Shown here: in pieces, positions 62,031 through 64,000 of the stretch
How positions within the stretch are numbered: position 1 is the first letter of the stretch
How the letters are laid out: the number at the start of each line of letters is the position of its first letter
Assembly: GCA_023254355.1 (NCBI GenBank)
Contig: JALRLR010000001.1
Span: 2,100-66,099 of the forward strand
Origin: Poseidonia sp.
GTDB taxonomy: Archaea; Thermoplasmatota; Poseidoniia; Poseidoniales; Poseidoniaceae
DNA: 64,000 nt
Direction: 5' to 3'
The notes under the pieces: generated by a model
Databases searched by the model: none
What the model saw: only the letters and a program-made list of their open reading frames with translations
Told to the model about the DNA's origin: nothing
Program-made: the position numbers and the translations under genes

Positions 62031-62993
62031 TTACCCCCTTGTGTGTTCTGACAGTTCACGCATGATTCGTTCGTGCTCTTCTTGCGTGATGCCCAATTCT
62101 TGGCGAAGCGTACGGAGCATGGCGTGCTCGTCGGCGGTGATGACGTTATCTTGTAGGGCGGTCTTGACGGTCGCTGCATAGGCAGAGTAATTTTCGGATT
62201 GAACGGGCTGCTCTCGTGCACGGTCAAGCAAGGCGTTGTGGGTCACTTGGTCAATGCCAAAGGCCACACGGAAGGTTTCGAGCAGGTCGATTTCGTCCTG
62301 CATGATTTGACCGTCGTCCAATGCCTGTACAATCATGTCGTAGTACACCTCTTCCGGCGGAGGAATTTTGAGTTCTTTTCTGGCCTCGTTGGACAACCTC
62401 CGTGCCCGCTCAGGGTGCATTCCCAAAAATTCAACCACTTCGTTCAGAAGAGATTGTTCGTCTTTGGTGATCTTTCCGTCTTCCCATGCACGGGCAAACA
62501 TCCGTCGCACCAATTCCTCTCCGTACTGAGCATCGATGGAAGCCATGCCTTCAGGATTCGAGACGGGTGAGACGAGGGGGCCTTCGTGGTAGTTCATCCC
62601 CTCATCAACGTGAGAAAGCAATTCCAAAATGGGCTGAGGCGATGTCCAGAGGTCCCCAAGGGGAACCGATTTTTCGCCCTTCACCACCGATTTCGCAAAA
62701 ATTTTGTCCTTGAGTTCGTTGGCCAAGGTCGCCCCAATTTCGGTGAGGGTGTAGACGCGTTTGCGTTGCTTCCCACCGGGGATGTGTCGTTGAGTGACTT
62801 GAATGTGGCCGTTTTTTTCCATACGCTTGAGGGTGCGAGGGATGTGTTTTCGCTGAACATGGACGGCCGCCGAGATGCCTGCTTGTGTGAGGGTGGCGGG
62901 TGCTTCCCAGCCTCCAGAAGGCAGTTGTTGGTTGTGGAGGTGCAACAGGGTTCTCTCCTCGGTCGTCAGGCTTCCAAGGTATCCCTCAACCAC
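62031..62993 (-). CDS. Winged-helix transcription regulator with three C-terminal helical repeats of about 35 aa
   Basis: N-terminal wHTH (HIPRTLKRMEKNGHIQ...KRKRVYTLTEIG). The repeats are KITKDEQSLLNEVVEFLGM, QIMQDEIDLLETFRVAFGI, VITADEHAMLRTLRQELGIT. Confidence 0.5.
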   Translation of the reverse strand: MVEGYLGSLTTEERTLLHLHNQQLPSGGWEAPATLTQAGISAAVHVQRKHIPRTLKRMEKNGHIQVTQRHIPGGKQRKRVYTLTEIGATLANELKDKIFAKSVVKGEKSVPLGDLWTSPQPILELLSHVDEGMNYHEGPLVSPVSNPEGMASIDAQYGEELVRRMFARAWEDGKITKDEQSLLNEVVEFLGMHPERARRLSNEARKELKIPPPEEVYYDMIVQALDDGQIMQDEIDLLETFRVAFGIDQVTHNALLDRAREQPVQSENYSAYAATVKTALQDNVITADEHAMLRTLRQELGITQEEHERIMRELSEHTRG

Positions 62994-63146
62994 AACACCG
63001 CCCCAACGCTTTGGACCTCATGGTAGCACATAGCCCAATCGGTTGTGCGGCGAACTCAAATGTGGCTCGTCCTTCGCGACATCATGGCAGGGCGTGAACG
63101 GAAATACACGCCGCGTGCTCGAACCCAGCGTCCACTCGGCACTTCC

Positions 63147-64000
63147 ATGACGACCAACACGCCTCCTGCACACCCGCTTCCTGAACCGCACAAACTTGAC
63201 GGGGGGTGGTTTCTCCCCGCGCCTCTTGCTCAACGCCTGTACGAAAAGAGCGCCTTGGGCGTTCCATCCGAGGACGGCGGGATCGTCCTCACCTCTGAGG
63301 AGCTGATGTTTTGCCACTGGTACCGGCACGTGCCGTTGCCCGAACACGATACGGCATGGTTCGGGCGTGAACTCAAACATCGCTCTGAACTTGCTCTCCG
63401 TTGCATTGCCATGGATGTGCTTCGCAACGGTGGCGAATTGGTCGTTCCAAGCGTGAACTTGGTGACGCGTTTCCCAAGGCTGCCATCGGTCACCTGGGCC
63501 GTCCGCTGGGAGCGTCACGAAACATGGACCAAACACCATGGATTTAGTCAGATTCGTGTTCATCACGCCCAAGAATCGCTTGATTGGGATGAATTGCACG
63601 GGTGGGTGAATGAGGTGGTTTCCTTTGGCCATCGAGCCGAACTCTGTGTGATTGACGATGAATTTGACGCCACGGTGTACGAACTTTGCTTTGAGAACCC
63701 ATTGGGTGACCAAACCACCCTGTCGTCCCTGTCCTTGGAACAGCGCAAGCTCGTCACGAGGATGTGCAAGGAGGCGGTCCCCCTTGAAGGCGGATTTTTT
63801 GTTCAAAACGCCGATGAATGGCCGCTTCCGGCGGTAGGATTGAACCACTTCTCGGGTCGTTTTCTGCGTCAGGAAGAACACGACCACCTCCTTGAAAACC
63901 AACATTCACCCCACGCCGCACTCTATTCAGCGTTGGTGAACCGAGGTTTGTTGCTTCGTCCAGGGTTCAAGTATGGATGCCGTTGGCGTGTTTACGAAAC
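63147..64000 (+). CDS. endA: tRNA-splicing endonuclease (EndA), 5' portion; runs off the window end
   Basis: I translated it by hand: MTTNTPPAHPLPEPHKLDGGWFLPAPLAQRLYEKSALGVPSEDGGIVLTSEELMFCHWYRH...GLLLRPGFKYGCRWRVYE. It contains the catalytic-domain signature GFKYG.(D/R)(F/W)RVY. The track lacks it because there is no in-window stop. Confidence 0.7.
   Translation, partial: MTTNTPPAHPLPEPHKLDGGWFLPAPLAQRLYEKSALGVPSEDGGIVLTSEELMFCHWYRHVPLPEHDTAWFGRELKHRSELALRCIAMDVLRNGGELVVPSVNLVTRFPRLPSVTWAVRWERHETWTKHHGFSQIRVHHAQESLDWDELHGWVNEVVSFGHRAELCVIDDEFDATVYELCFENPLGDQTTLSSLSLEQRKLVTRMCKEAVPLEGGFFVQNADEWPLPAVGLNHFSGRFLRQEEHDHLLENQHSPHAALYSALVNRGLLLRPGFKYGCRWRVYE

Noticed and set aside
63018-63905. 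295-aa minus-strand ORF
   Set aside because: The plus strand encodes a clean EndA homolog (GFKYGCRWRVY) through this region, so the minus ORF is its antisense shadow.
1-64000. CRISPR arrays, transposases, proviral genes
   Set aside because: I saw no regularly spaced exact direct repeats of 25 to 40 bp and no integrase or transposase signatures (DDE, Tyr-recombinase R..H..R..Y, capsid or terminase) in any translated ORF. The only repeats seen are protein-coding Asp-rich tandem repeats.

Overview
This is a 64 kb, high-GC (~58%), gene-dense chromosomal segment that is almost certainly archaeal. The evidence is an archaeal-type AlaRS, a conserved rpoE-spt4-rps24e-rps27ae cluster with an overlapping ATGA stop/start junction, RtcB, archease, a tRNA-splicing endonuclease, archaeal DtdA, geranylgeranyl reductase, archaeal CcmE with a CxxxY motif, an SRP (7S) RNA, and two tRNAs with TATA-like boxes and encoded CCA. 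Proteins are not strongly acidic, so the organism is probably not a haloarchaeon. The mix of very large secreted or anchored repeat proteins, subtilase, aminopeptidase P and proline dehydrogenase suggests a Thermoplasmatota or marine-group-like heterotroph; that placement is inference only. I recognised no integrase, transposase or CRISPR array. The six-frame ORF track translates GTG and TTG starts as M, so many given 5' ends are too long; I moved starts to in-frame ATGs where overlaps or N-terminal homology argued for it. The most interesting content is listed here. (1) A translesion or mutasome-like cluster: a small ORF coupled to a family-B polymerase-like protein with degenerate catalytic motifs, a RecA-fold ATPase, and a Y-family DinB polymerase. 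(2) An island of giant surface proteins with thrombospondin-type-3, FG-GAP, CARDB and PKD repeats, one of which is split by a single in-frame TAG exactly where the repeat consensus expects GAG (Glu). (3) An overlapping RmuC-NUDIX pair. (4) Unannotated RNA genes: SRP RNA, tRNA-Ser and tRNA-Thr. Long antisense shadow ORFs, typical of high-GC DNA, are recorded as rejected.
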